A DNA stretch of 56,655 nt, counting the filler, from an uncultured bacterium (GTDB taxonomy: Bacteria; Latescibacterota; UBA2968): assembly GCA_964471275.1 (NCBI GenBank). It is 2 parts of 2 records of this genome, joined end to end, with 100 filler letters (N's around TTAATTAATTAA, not from the genome) between each part and the next. Parts side by side here need not be neighbours in the genome. Positions count along the whole stretch, not along the records: positions 28,445 to 56,655 come from CAYYGZ010000028.1; 1 more part is not named here. One strand, written 5' to 3'. The position numbers and the translations under genes were made by a program. The notes beneath the pieces were generated by a model that was not told the DNA's origin, searched no databases, and saw nothing but the letters and a program-made list of their open reading frames with translations. Position 1 is the stretch's first letter; each line of letters starts with the position of its first letter. Below, in pieces: positions 38,789-47,734 of this stretch.

Positions 38789-39051
38789 ATGACTCTGATG
38801 GCTCTACGGTTTCTGGTCGGTGCGATTCTTCTGGCTGTAGGGTTCTCGGAAGGTGTATCGGGTGAGTTTGTGTTCAAGGACTCGAAACACGTGGTGGATG
38901 GGGATCGAGGTCTGTCGGAATGGATGTTTTCTGGGATCGATCGTGACGGGGGGGGGGAAAGGTAGAGGTCGCCGGATGTGATGTGTTCACTTTTGAAGGC
39001 GGGCTGATCTCGATCAAGGATACCTATATGAAGACGGGCGCTGGGGATTGA
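38789..39051 (+). pseudogene. SnoaL/NTF2-like gene frameshifted at a G10 tract
   Basis: HVVDGDRGLSEWMFSG, G10 at 38948-38957, then KVEVAGCDVFTFEGGLISIKDTY in another frame. Confidence 0.6.
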
Positions 39052-39108
39052 GAATTAGCCAGTAGCCATTGGTCATTCAACGGCAGAACCAGGTGATGGT
39101 ACAGAACT

Positions 39109-39165
39109 CACTTCGGCTGCGCTCGGTGCGGGCGCCGGGATCCTTCGCTATGCTCAGGATGACGA
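39109..39165. repeat. REP-like palindromic element overlapping a stop codon
   Basis: GATCCTTCGCTATGCTCAGGATGAC preceded by the related CTTCGGCTGCGCTC. Confidence 0.55.
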
Positions 39166-39879
39166 GCGTTCGAGGATGACGGCGAAGGAGCCGGTCTGGC
39201 CGTCAATGAAGTGGCTGACCTGCCAACCCGTGCCCCGGACGATGCGCGTGACTTCCCGTTTGGAAGCGAAGATGAAGTCCAGCCAGGGGCCGGACACGCC
39301 GCGATGTCGGATACGAACACGCATTTGGCCGGGCAATCGGCCTGCCAGACGATTGGCCCTGCGGTAGGCGACGTCGGCCGGCAGGTCACTGATAGTTGTA
39401 TTGCGTGAAGTGGCGAGGATCAGACCGTCGTCGCCGCAGAAGTTCTTGAATTTGCGGAGAAGCCACCGGGCCCGACGTTCGTTTCCAAAGAGGCCGAAGT
39501 TGTGGCCGAACATCACGAAAGTGTCGACCGGAGCCAACCTGCGGTCGATCTGCGTGATGGATCTGCAGTAGGCTCGCCTTACACCGCGGCGTTTGGCGAC
39601 CCTGATGGCGCCCGGTGAGTTGTCTATTCCCGTGACGCGATAGCCTTCCTCCTGCAGATACAGACAAACCCTACCCGCAGCGCAGCCGATGTCCAACACG
39701 TGACCGCCCGCCAGACCGATCGCTTGTTTCTCTTCCTCAAACCAATCGTCGTATCCGGTGAAGTAGTGCCAGACCCCTCCGTGGGCATCGATAAAGCCAT
39801 CGTCGCGTTCAACGATTTCTATGTCTTCGTCTTCTCTGACGTGGGCAAGAAGAAGAGCACCGTAGGCGTCATTTGTCAT
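39154..39879 (-). CDS. Class I SAM-dependent methyltransferase
   Basis: IVERDDG, VLDIGCAAGR, GIDNSP, MFGHNFG. Confidence 0.85.
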   Translation of the reverse strand: MTNDAYGALLLAHVREDEDIEIVERDDGFIDAHGGVWHYFTGYDDWFEEEKQAIGLAGGHVLDIGCAAGRVCLYLQEEGYRVTGIDNSPGAIRVAKRRGVRRAYCRSITQIDRRLAPVDTFVMFGHNFGLFGNERRARWLLRKFKNFCGDDGLILATSRNTTISDLPADVAYRRANRLAGRLPGQMRVRIRHRGVSGPWLDFIFASKREVTRIVRGTGWQVSHFIDGQTGSFAVILERSSS

Positions 39880-39938
39880 TGGACTCCAGCCCATAAGGAG
39901 AGAGAGGCAAGACGAAGTCACAGAGGCACGAGGAGCCC

Positions 39939-40943
39939 CTAGGCAAGGTCAGTCTCGTGATACCGTTCAACTATCTGAGCAGGAGTGGCGGTCCCGGTGA
40001 TACCGAGCTGCTGGATGGTAATAGAGGAGACGAGGACAGCGAGAAGGGCGGCATCCTCGAGTGTGGCGCCGGCCGCCAGGGCGGCCGTGGCCGATGCCGA
40101 TACGCTGTCCCCGGCGCCGACAATGTCGATCGGATCAGGGACAGAGATGCCCGGGATCCGTGTCGTTTCCACGCCGTCGGAGGCAATGATACCCTCGGAT
40201 CCACGCGTCAGGAGGACAGGTCGTTTCGTTTGCCGTGCGAGCGTGAGCGCCGCCGCGGACGGGTCGGCCGTGTCTCCGACCAGCGAGGCCAGTTCGTCCT
40301 CGTTCGGTTTGAGGATCACGTTTTCGAATGCCGATATGTGAGATCTCGAGTCCGCAAGTATCGGGCGATCATCACGGGAGGCGAGCTGGGCCAAGCACTC
40401 CCTTACCCGAGTGGTCACCACGCCGCAATCAGGTTCCGGTACTTGATCGAGTACGATGATCCCGTCGGCCCGATCATACAGCTCGGTCAGTCGATCGATT
40501 ATCGCCGATTCCAGCCGCTCCGGAGTCCTTGAGCGATTCTTGACATCGAGACGGCTCATCTCGGTGCCAAGACAGATCGGCTTCGTGTAGGTCGGTGTAT
40601 ACCGGTTTGCCGATGCAATCAGGTGCGAGGTGTCGATCCCCATTTTTCGAAGACCCCGCGTGAGGTCATATCCGTGTCCGTCTTCACCGATCACGCCGAG
40701 CGTCAGAATTCGTCCGACACCCAACGCACTCAAGTTGTTCGTGACAGTTCCGGCAGCGCCCGGGCTATTCTGAATCTGGACAACCTGGTGCGCCTCGAGC
40801 CCGGTTTCTATCGACGTTTCGGCAAGTTCCGGATCGACCGTGAGGTAGCGGTCGAGGAAGAAGTCACCCAGGACGAGAATTGTGAGGTTAGGGAAGGATT
40901 TCAGAAGCGATGTCAGGGACTTGTGATCCATGTGATAGATCAA
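39939..40943 (-). CDS. PfkB-family carbohydrate kinase (HldA/RfaE domain I-like)
   Basis: VLGDFFLDRY, PGAAGTV, LKPNEDE, DIVGAGDS. Confidence 0.88.
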   Translation of the reverse strand: MIYHMDHKSLTSLLKSFPNLTILVLGDFFLDRYLTVDPELAETSIETGLEAHQVVQIQNSPGAAGTVTNNLSALGVGRILTLGVIGEDGHGYDLTRGLRKMGIDTSHLIASANRYTPTYTKPICLGTEMSRLDVKNRSRTPERLESAIIDRLTELYDRADGIIVLDQVPEPDCGVVTTRVRECLAQLASRDDRPILADSRSHISAFENVILKPNEDELASLVGDTADPSAAALTLARQTKRPVLLTRGSEGIIASDGVETTRIPGISVPDPIDIVGAGDSVSASATAALAAGATLEDAALLAVLVSSITIQQLGITGTATPAQIVERYHETDLA

Positions 40944-41959
40944 GCAAGGGGGCGGCGGCGAATCATCGCTTGCTCCCCTCTGCTCCCCGCCCCCCCTGCT
41001 CCTTTACTGACCACCTGTTTGTGCAAGCTGGGCATTGTAACGGTATGATCGCCACAGATGTAGAAGCTCTCCCCACCGTCCCTGACGGTGCGAACCAGGA
41101 TGGTTTTGAACGGACGGTAGTAGTATCGGGGATCGGACTTGGAAGCTTCGGAGTCGATATCCTCGCCAAGCGGAATCAGATCGAACACGGCTGTGGTGAA
41201 GTGGGCGATACGCTCATTACGTCGGTGAGCGACGTTGCGGACCATCGACAGGGCCTTGAGGTAGACTTCCGGACCCATTATGGCAGTGCCGTAGTTGAGG
41301 AGGACACTCCCTTCCAGTTTTGAGACGGATTCGGTGAAGACCAGAAAGTCCGTGTAGGATGACGCGCCTATTGCGGCTCCGTCGCAGTTCGGGTGTTCGT
41401 GGACGATGTCGTATCCAAGGCTGACGTGAACGGTAACGGGGATGCCGAGGCGCACGCCCGCCGAGTAGATGCTGATATCCCTGTGTGGGAAGTCGTTCTC
41501 CTCAATCGCTCTACCGACGGCTTCTCCCAATCCGATGCCATCGGAAGCGGCCTGTCTGGCGATTTCGTTCAGCTCTCCCGTATCGGTCCAGAGTCCAAAC
41601 TGGCCCTTGCGAATGTAGTTTGCGACACTCTCTGTTGTCGCCCCGATCAAGGCCATCTCGTAGTCGTGAATCGCGCAGGCACCGTTCCCGGCCACGTGGG
41701 TTATGAAGCCGCGTTCCATCAGGTCGATGACGAAGCGCTGGACACCAACCTTAATGACGTGCGCTCCCATCATCAGGATGACGGCGCGCCCGTTTTTCCT
41801 GGCGGCAACGATACGATCGGTGACGGTCTTCAGACCTTCGTGATCGAAAGCAGCCGCGTCTACATCCAACGGAAGGACTTCGTCGAGCGTGAAGTCGTGC
41901 GTGCGCTCAGAGAGCGGGAGAAGATCGAGTTGAGACCGGTCGAATTTCGGGAAGGGCAT
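40940..41959 (-). CDS. Uncharacterised deoxyhypusine synthase-like fold protein
   Basis: MMGAHVIKVG, AGNGACAIHDYE, PVTVHVSLGYDI.H, GTAIMGPEVYLKAL, GDH. Confidence 0.6.
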   Translation of the reverse strand: MPFPKFDRSQLDLLPLSERTHDFTLDEVLPLDVDAAAFDHEGLKTVTDRIVAARKNGRAVILMMGAHVIKVGVQRFVIDLMERGFITHVAGNGACAIHDYEMALIGATTESVANYIRKGQFGLWTDTGELNEIARQAASDGIGLGEAVGRAIEENDFPHRDISIYSAGVRLGIPVTVHVSLGYDIVHEHPNCDGAAIGASSYTDFLVFTESVSKLEGSVLLNYGTAIMGPEVYLKALSMVRNVAHRRNERIAHFTTAVFDLIPLGEDIDSEASKSDPRYYYRPFKTILVRTVRDGGESFYICGDHTVTMPSLHKQVVSKGAGGAGSRGEQAMIRRRPLA

Positions 41960-42043
41960 GGGATCGATGATTTAGGAATTGGAATAGAGGATTTGAAGTC
42001 GAGAGTCAAGACCTTGTGGTTTGAGCGTCAGGGGTATTGCTGA

Positions 42044-42871
42044 CTATGACGGGAACAGGTAATCCAGGAGTGGGGTGAGTTCGAGGTAGTGTGGGATGAT
42101 CAAGGCGGCGCCGGCGTTGACAAGACGCTCGCGTTTCCAGGCATTGATCCCCTCGCGGGTCGTTTCGTTTGTGGCGACACCGATGGCCGTTCCACCCACC
42201 TGGGAGATGTTCTCGGTTTCGACAAATCCGTCACCGAAGCCGAGAAGGCGGCTGCCCGACAGTTCGTTGCGTTCCAGGATCTCGGCGATGAGTTTCGCCT
42301 TTGAGAAGTCATCATAGTTGTCGAGCGCACCGTATATCCCGACGAAATAGGTATCTATCCCCAGCAATTCCGCTTCCTTTCGAACGTAATCGTGGTCTGT
42401 GCCACTGGCGAGATACATGTCGATGCCCCGGGTCTTCAATTCTTCCAGCAGTGCGTGGCTGCCGGGTACAGTCATCGATTCAGGGCTGGCTTCGCCCGAC
42501 GTGAGTCGATCCACACGATCCGCTATGTGATTCAGCAGACGTTCGTGAAAGACCTGTTTGTAGGCGGCGGGTTCATCGGGTGTCTTGCCTCGAACCTCTA
42601 CCTCCTCACAAAGTCTGATCATCTGGAAGATCGTCTGCTGTCCGGTCAGCTCGTCCACATAATCGCTGACCAGGTTCTCCAGGTCGGACGTAGATTCTTC
42701 GGCCCTCAGCCCTGACAGGATCTCAACCATCATCAGGATCATGATTTCCCGCCATCCTTCTCGGATTAGAGAAAGGGTCCCGTCGAAGTCGAAGACTGCA
42801 AACCTGTAATCTGCGCGCTCGATGCCCGGTCGAATAATCTCGATCTCTCGCGTCCCGGATAGTACAGGCAC
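42044..42871 (-). CDS. HAD-family hydrolase
   Basis: FDFDGTLS, LASGT, SK, FGDG..E motifs. Confidence 0.9.
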   Translation of the reverse strand: MPVLSGTREIEIIRPGIERADYRFAVFDFDGTLSLIREGWREIMILMMVEILSGLRAEESTSDLENLVSDYVDELTGQQTIFQMIRLCEEVEVRGKTPDEPAAYKQVFHERLLNHIADRVDRLTSGEASPESMTVPGSHALLEELKTRGIDMYLASGTDHDYVRKEAELLGIDTYFVGIYGALDNYDDFSKAKLIAEILERNELSGSRLLGFGDGFVETENISQVGGTAIGVATNETTREGINAWKRERLVNAGAALIIPHYLELTPLLDYLFPS

Positions 42872-42913
42872 GATGGCTCCTGTGGATCGGGTGGGATGCT
42901 GCTTACCGTGCCA

Positions 42914-42942
42914 AGCTTACTTTGCCACCGTGTGAGTGTCAA
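42914..42942 (-). promoter_or_regulatory. Sigma70 promoter for the HAD operon
   Basis: TTGACA-N17-TAAGCT on the minus strand. Confidence 0.6.
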
Positions 42943-43123
42943 GCGATTAGACCCTTTACAGTATCGGTGACCTGAGTCAGAGCACGGCCCCCGAGTCTGG
43001 CAGAAGAGTCCATTGAGGGGACTGGTTGGCTCTCGGATTGCGACCGCTTAATTGTTGTAAATAGGGAGACTAGGACACCATAGGATCACGATCTACTTTG
43101 TCATATGCCCCCAGACCGTTATA

Positions 43124-43873
43124 TTGAGGTTGCTCAAGTCAGATATTACGTCGTTGCTCCCAGGCAATCCCGTCTCTCAACTCGATGTGCTGATACCTCT
43201 GATGAATGATGAACGACGGGTAATTGACTGTGTTTCGAACCGCGAGATAAATTTGACGCTTCAGGCGGTTAGCGGTCCTGATAATCATTATGAGTTGCTT
43301 TACAATGAGACGATTTTTCGGTCTACATACAATGGGGTCCTGTCCCGCGCGTTCGCGGACACGATTCTTGGGCTGGTCAAGTCGTACCGCGCCGTGGATG
43401 CCCTTTTGGGTGGGTTCGGCGTAGGAGACACGCTGAGCGCTGTTCTGGAGCACCCCGGGCTTCGCAGCGTCACCGTCGTGGAGCCGAATGAAGTGCTGCC
43501 GGATTGGGGTCGACGTTACCTCAACGCTAGCGATGCACTGGACGATGAGCGGACACACATTGTTATCGGCAATTTTGTGCAGTATCTGGATGCGGCGCCG
43601 ACGAGCTACCACGGGATCGGTCTGGAGCTCGACCTTGGCCCAACGAACATTCTGAGGGAAGAGAATCGTCGCGCTTACGCGATGTCTGCTCTCCGGACAC
43701 TGGCCTCTCGACTCCGGTCGGATGGGGTCCTCGTGGTTCGCGCGACTGACGAAGACAAGGCCTACAGACGTGCACTCGAGGAGATGTTCTCCGAGGTGGG
43801 TCTGCGGCAGATTGAAGAGACGAATTTGCTAGGTAATTCTGTTAGGGGCGTGTTTTACGTCGCCCGCATGTGA
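43124..43873 (+). CDS. Spermidine synthase-like SAM-binding protein
   Basis: LLGGFGVG, VTVVE, DDERTHIVIG, L..DGVLVV; start uncertain. Confidence 0.65.
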   Translation: MRLLKSDITSLLPGNPVSQLDVLIPLMNDERRVIDCVSNREINLTLQAVSGPDNHYELLYNETIFRSTYNGVLSRAFADTILGLVKSYRAVDALLGGFGVGDTLSAVLEHPGLRSVTVVEPNEVLPDWGRRYLNASDALDDERTHIVIGNFVQYLDAAPTSYHGIGLELDLGPTNILREENRRAYAMSALRTLASRLRSDGVLVVRATDEDKAYRRALEEMFSEVGLRQIEETNLLGNSVRGVFYVARM

Positions 43874-43975
43874 CACGATTCACGTTGCCTGCCGACGCGC
43901 AGGTTTCCCCCGTTTATTATCTCCCGGGGTGGTGCGTTGGACTTCTGTCCAACGGGCAGTAGAAAGGAGTTGCAG

Positions 43976-45283
43976 ATGGGCAATGATTCATTGACGATCA
44001 CTGATAATCGGACTGGCAAGGTCTACGAGGTCCCGATTTCCTACGGCACATACGAAAGTGACGGTGCATCGATTCGATCTGCGGATTTAAGGCAAATCAA
44101 GGTGCAAGACGACGATTTCGGCCTCATGGGCTACGATCCGTCTTACCTGAACACGGCGTCCTGCCAGAGTTCTGTCACGTATATCGATGGTGACAAAGGA
44201 ATCCTGCGGTATCGCGGAATTCCGATTGAGCAGCTGGCCGAGAAGAGCAACTATCTCGAGGTCGCGTATCTCCTGCTGAACGGTGAGTTGCCGAACACGG
44301 AAGAATTGAAGACCTGGGAATCCACGATCGCAGATCACGCGATGGTCCATGAGAGCATCCGGAATTTCCTGGATGGCTTCCGGTGGGGATCGCACACAAT
44401 GGGTATGCTTGTGAGCGTTCTGGGTGCCAAGTCGACATTCTATCCGGACTCCCGGAACATTTCGAGTCCGGAACTGATGGATCTTCACATCGCACGGCTC
44501 ACCAGCAAGGTCGCGACGGTCGCAGCGCTCTGCTACCGACACAGTAGAGGCCTTCCTTACATCTATCCGGATTCGACGCTTGGTTTCGCTGAGAATTTCC
44601 TGAACATGCTGTTCAACGCACCGAACACGAAGTATGAGCCGAATCCGGTTCTTGTAAAAGCACTGGAAGTGCTGTTTATCCTGCACGCCGATCACGAGCA
44701 GAACTGCAGCGCGAGCACGATGCGCGGAATCGGCAGCGGTCTCGCCGACCCCTATTCCGCCACGGCCGGCGCGGCCGCGGCCCTGTATGGCCCACTGCAC
44801 GGTGGGGCGAACGAAGCTGTGCTGGTAATGCTCCAGGAGATCGGGGATGTCAAGAATGTTCCCTCCTACATCGAGCGGGTGAAGAAGCGCGAAGTCCTGC
44901 TCCAGGGCTTTGGCCATCGCGTCTACAAGAACTACGATCCACGCGCATCGATTATCAAGCAGACGGCTGACGAGGTCTTCGAGGTGACCGGTCGGAATCC
45001 GCTGATCGATATTGCTAAGGAGCTGGAGCGGATTGCGCTGGAGGACGACTTCTTTGTCGAGCGCAAACTGTATCCGAACGTCGACTTCTACTCGGGGATT
45101 ATCTACCAGGCGATGGGTCTACCCGTCGATATGTATCCGGTGCTGTTCGCGATTCCGAGAACTGTCGGCTGGCTCGCGCAGTGGAAGGAAATGATGAATG
45201 ACGACGAGCAGAAGATCGCCCGGCCACGTCAGGTCTACACGGGGTATGATACGCGGGACTACGTGGCACTGGGAGATCGGTAG
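43976..45283 (+). CDS. gltA: Citrate synthase
   Basis: LHADHEQNCS, GPLHGGANE, GFGHRVYKNYDPR, YPNVDFYSG; SD AAGGAG. Confidence 0.97.
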   Translation: MGNDSLTITDNRTGKVYEVPISYGTYESDGASIRSADLRQIKVQDDDFGLMGYDPSYLNTASCQSSVTYIDGDKGILRYRGIPIEQLAEKSNYLEVAYLLLNGELPNTEELKTWESTIADHAMVHESIRNFLDGFRWGSHTMGMLVSVLGAKSTFYPDSRNISSPELMDLHIARLTSKVATVAALCYRHSRGLPYIYPDSTLGFAENFLNMLFNAPNTKYEPNPVLVKALEVLFILHADHEQNCSASTMRGIGSGLADPYSATAGAAAALYGPLHGGANEAVLVMLQEIGDVKNVPSYIERVKKREVLLQGFGHRVYKNYDPRASIIKQTADEVFEVTGRNPLIDIAKELERIALEDDFFVERKLYPNVDFYSGIIYQAMGLPVDMYPVLFAIPRTVGWLAQWKEMMNDDEQKIARPRQVYTGYDTRDYVALGDR

Positions 45284-45433
45284 CCACCGGAAATACTGAA
45301 GAACAGCGGTTCGTAGAGAATCCAGACGAGGCGTGGGGGGAACAGCTCTCACGTCTCGTCTGTTTGTATACAGGCAACAGTAGGTGTCGGACCCTTGCTT
45401 GACTTTCGCAGGGCAAGGTCCACATCATACGGT

Positions 45434-45871
45434 ATGGCAAAGCGGAAGCGACACAGGATACTCAATTGTGCGTGTCTGAATCTGCGCATGGCCGCTCGAA
45501 CGGTTACGCAGCACTATGACAACCGATTCCGAGCAATCGGGTTGCGCATCACGCAGTTCAACGTGCTTGCGGCGGTCGAGGAATTCGGACCTGTGGCGAT
45601 GACTCGGTTGGCCGACGTGCTGGTGATGGATCGCACGACCCTGAATCGGGATTTGCAGCCGCTCAAGCGGGACGGATTGGTGAGTGTTCGGAAAGGCGAA
45701 GATAAACGGGTCCGTCTTATCGAACTGACGGAAGCCGGTCGGAGTAAGCTGAAGGCAGGCTTTCCTGTTTGGCGGGAACTTCAGGATCAGTTCTATGGTT
45801 CAATGGGTAAGAAGCGTTGGAAAACCTTGATGAAGGGGTTGTCTCGAACGACCTCGGTCACCCAGAAATGA
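45434..45871 (+). CDS. MarR-family transcriptional regulator
   Basis: CAC.NLRMAAR, ITQFNVL, MDRTTLNR.L, DKRVRLIELT..G. Confidence 0.9.
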   Translation: MAKRKRHRILNCACLNLRMAARTVTQHYDNRFRAIGLRITQFNVLAAVEEFGPVAMTRLADVLVMDRTTLNRDLQPLKRDGLVSVRKGEDKRVRLIELTEAGRSKLKAGFPVWRELQDQFYGSMGKKRWKTLMKGLSRTTSVTQK

Positions 45872-45919
45872 GCCTTCCCTGTTGACAGCCTGACTGCAAA
45901 CCCGTCTATTTGAAGTGAG

Positions 45920-46261
45920 ATGACACGCAAACTCCTGACATTAGTGGTGCTTATCGTCCTTGCCGGACCCGCGCTGGCGTGTCTCTGCTTTCCAGCCGAG
46001 GTGGATTGCGTGATGGTTTGCAGCGTGGAGGACCCCGTTGCCTGTTGTTGCGAAGGCGAGGTCCTTACACCAGCGCTGCCCGGGGTGCCAGACTTTGTTT
46101 CACCTGCCACCGTGAATGTCCCTACACTTGTTCCGGCTATGATTCCAGTCGCCGAAAGCCAGGTGTTTGTCAGGTCAACTGTGTCTGATCGGACCCCAGC
46201 CAAATCGAACGATCCATCTCATCAAGATAGATACCTGATCCACCAGTCCTTCCTTATCTGA
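45920..46261 (+). CDS. Small exported Cys-rich leader protein upstream of cusCBA
   Basis: Signal peptide ending ALA, CLC, CxxxC, CCC, Pro-rich linker, C-terminus DRYLIHQSFLI*. Confidence 0.7.
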   Translation: MTRKLLTLVVLIVLAGPALACLCFPAEVDCVMVCSVEDPVACCCEGEVLTPALPGVPDFVSPATVNVPTLVPAMIPVAESQVFVRSTVSDRTPAKSNDPSHQDRYLIHQSFLI

Positions 46262-46429
46262 ATCTCGGCAACTCGCAGGCCCGTCGATTCGTGTCGTAGG
46301 TGATTCTCATCGCGCACCGCACACGGACTCTCGGGCCTTTCGTCTGTACTTTTGCCAAGCTTCCGTTCGTGCTGTCACCGGCTGCCGCCGTGTGACGCCA
46401 AGCTGTGTTCTGCGAAGGAGCCGAGAATC
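46260..46429 (+). promoter_or_regulatory. Predicted long-range RNA helix enclosing the cusC Shine-Dalgarno
   Basis: 46260-46278 pairs with 46410-46429 (TCTCGGC/GCCGAGA and TCGCAG/CTGCGA). Confidence 0.5.
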
Positions 46430-47734
46430 GTGTTCCGTCTGATCCTGCTGTCCTTTCTGGTGGTGTCGCTCTGGATACCGCCCACCGATGCACAATCGGT
46501 AAACCTCGACGCGCTTGTTGCAGAGGCGCTCGAAGCAAACCCATCTCTTGCCGTTCTTAAGAATCGTATCGCGACCATTCAGACACGTGCGGCTCAGGTA
46601 GGCGCGCCGCCGGATCCCGTGCTGCGGTTCGACTTTGTCAACCTGCCGATGGGGTCGGTCGACTTCGGCAGGACTCCTATGTCCGGAAAACAGGTTACGC
46701 TGATGCAAGCGTTCCCGTTTCCCGGAAGTCTGCGGGCAGAGGCCGTGGCTGCCGAAGAAGCTGTCCTCGCCGCAGAGAGTCGTCTGTTCGACCATCGTAC
46801 TCGGGTGACTGAAATGGTCCGGGTCGTCTACTATGATCTTGCGTTCTACGACCAGGCCATCCGGATAACGCAAGAGAATGAGTCGCTATTCGAGTCGATG
46901 GCCGAGCGTGCGCTCGCACGGTACGAAGCGGGCAAGGGACGCCAGTATGACGTCCTCCAGGCGAGAGTTGCCCTGTCTCTGTTGAGCAATCGACTAACCG
47001 GCTTCAGAGCGTCGCGTCGGGTTGCGGAAGTGCGTCTGAACGGTCTTCTCGGGCGTTCGCCCGGGGCGAAGCTCTCGACTGCGGCAGGTGTTCACATTCA
47101 TACCGTGAGCGTGACACTGCCTGAACTGCTCTCGATCGCCCAGCACAACAGCCCTGCTCTTCGTGAACTGACACACGTGCACCGCGAATGGGAGGCCCGA
47201 GAGCGAGCCGCTCACACGAACGCGTTCCCGACATTCTCGCTGAGTCTGTCCTACCGTCAGCGTGCGGCCGTGGCGGGCGATCCGGTAGCCGGCGATGACT
47301 TCCTGAGCGCAGGTGTCGGACTCAATCTGCCGATCTTCCGCGGTCGCAAACAGTTGGGTCGTGCTGCCGAAGCACGGGCGAATATCCGGTGGATCGAAGC
47401 GAAAACCGAGGAGGAGCGGCAGAGAATCAGCACCGAGGTTCAGCGGATCCTGGTACAGCTCCAGTTGCATCAGAGTGAGCACGAGCTCTTTCTGGACAAT
47501 ATCGTACCACAAACACAGCAGGCCCTGTTGTCCGCGAGGTCCGGATATGAAGCTGATCTGGTAGACTTCTCCACACTCCTGAATGCGCAATCCACGTGGC
47601 TCGATGCCGAGCTGATGCGGTTTCATCACACGGTCGCACACGCCAAGCTTCAGGCAGAACTCGAAGCGCTCGTGGGGTTATCCCTACGAGGTCAGGATGG
47701 GATCGCGGATCTGTCGGAAGGAGGCAAGTCGTGA
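46430..47734 (+). CDS. cusC: TolC/CusC-family outer-membrane efflux factor
   Basis: Signal peptide, ANPSL, PDP, QAFPFPG, ARYEAGK, two OEP repeats; SD GAAGGAG before GTG. Confidence 0.85.
   Translation: MFRLILLSFLVVSLWIPPTDAQSVNLDALVAEALEANPSLAVLKNRIATIQTRAAQVGAPPDPVLRFDFVNLPMGSVDFGRTPMSGKQVTLMQAFPFPGSLRAEAVAAEEAVLAAESRLFDHRTRVTEMVRVVYYDLAFYDQAIRITQENESLFESMAERALARYEAGKGRQYDVLQARVALSLLSNRLTGFRASRRVAEVRLNGLLGRSPGAKLSTAAGVHIHTVSVTLPELLSIAQHNSPALRELTHVHREWEARERAAHTNAFPTFSLSLSYRQRAAVAGDPVAGDDFLSAGVGLNLPIFRGRKQLGRAAEARANIRWIEAKTEEERQRISTEVQRILVQLQLHQSEHELFLDNIVPQTQQALLSARSGYEADLVDFSTLLNAQSTWLDAELMRFHHTVAHAKLQAELEALVGLSLRGQDGIADLSEGGKS

Noticed and set aside
45434..45871. MarR as the dedicated copper regulator of cus
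   Set aside because: Adjacency only; no operator palindrome identified, and a separate TTGACA at 45882 suggests the leader has its own promoter
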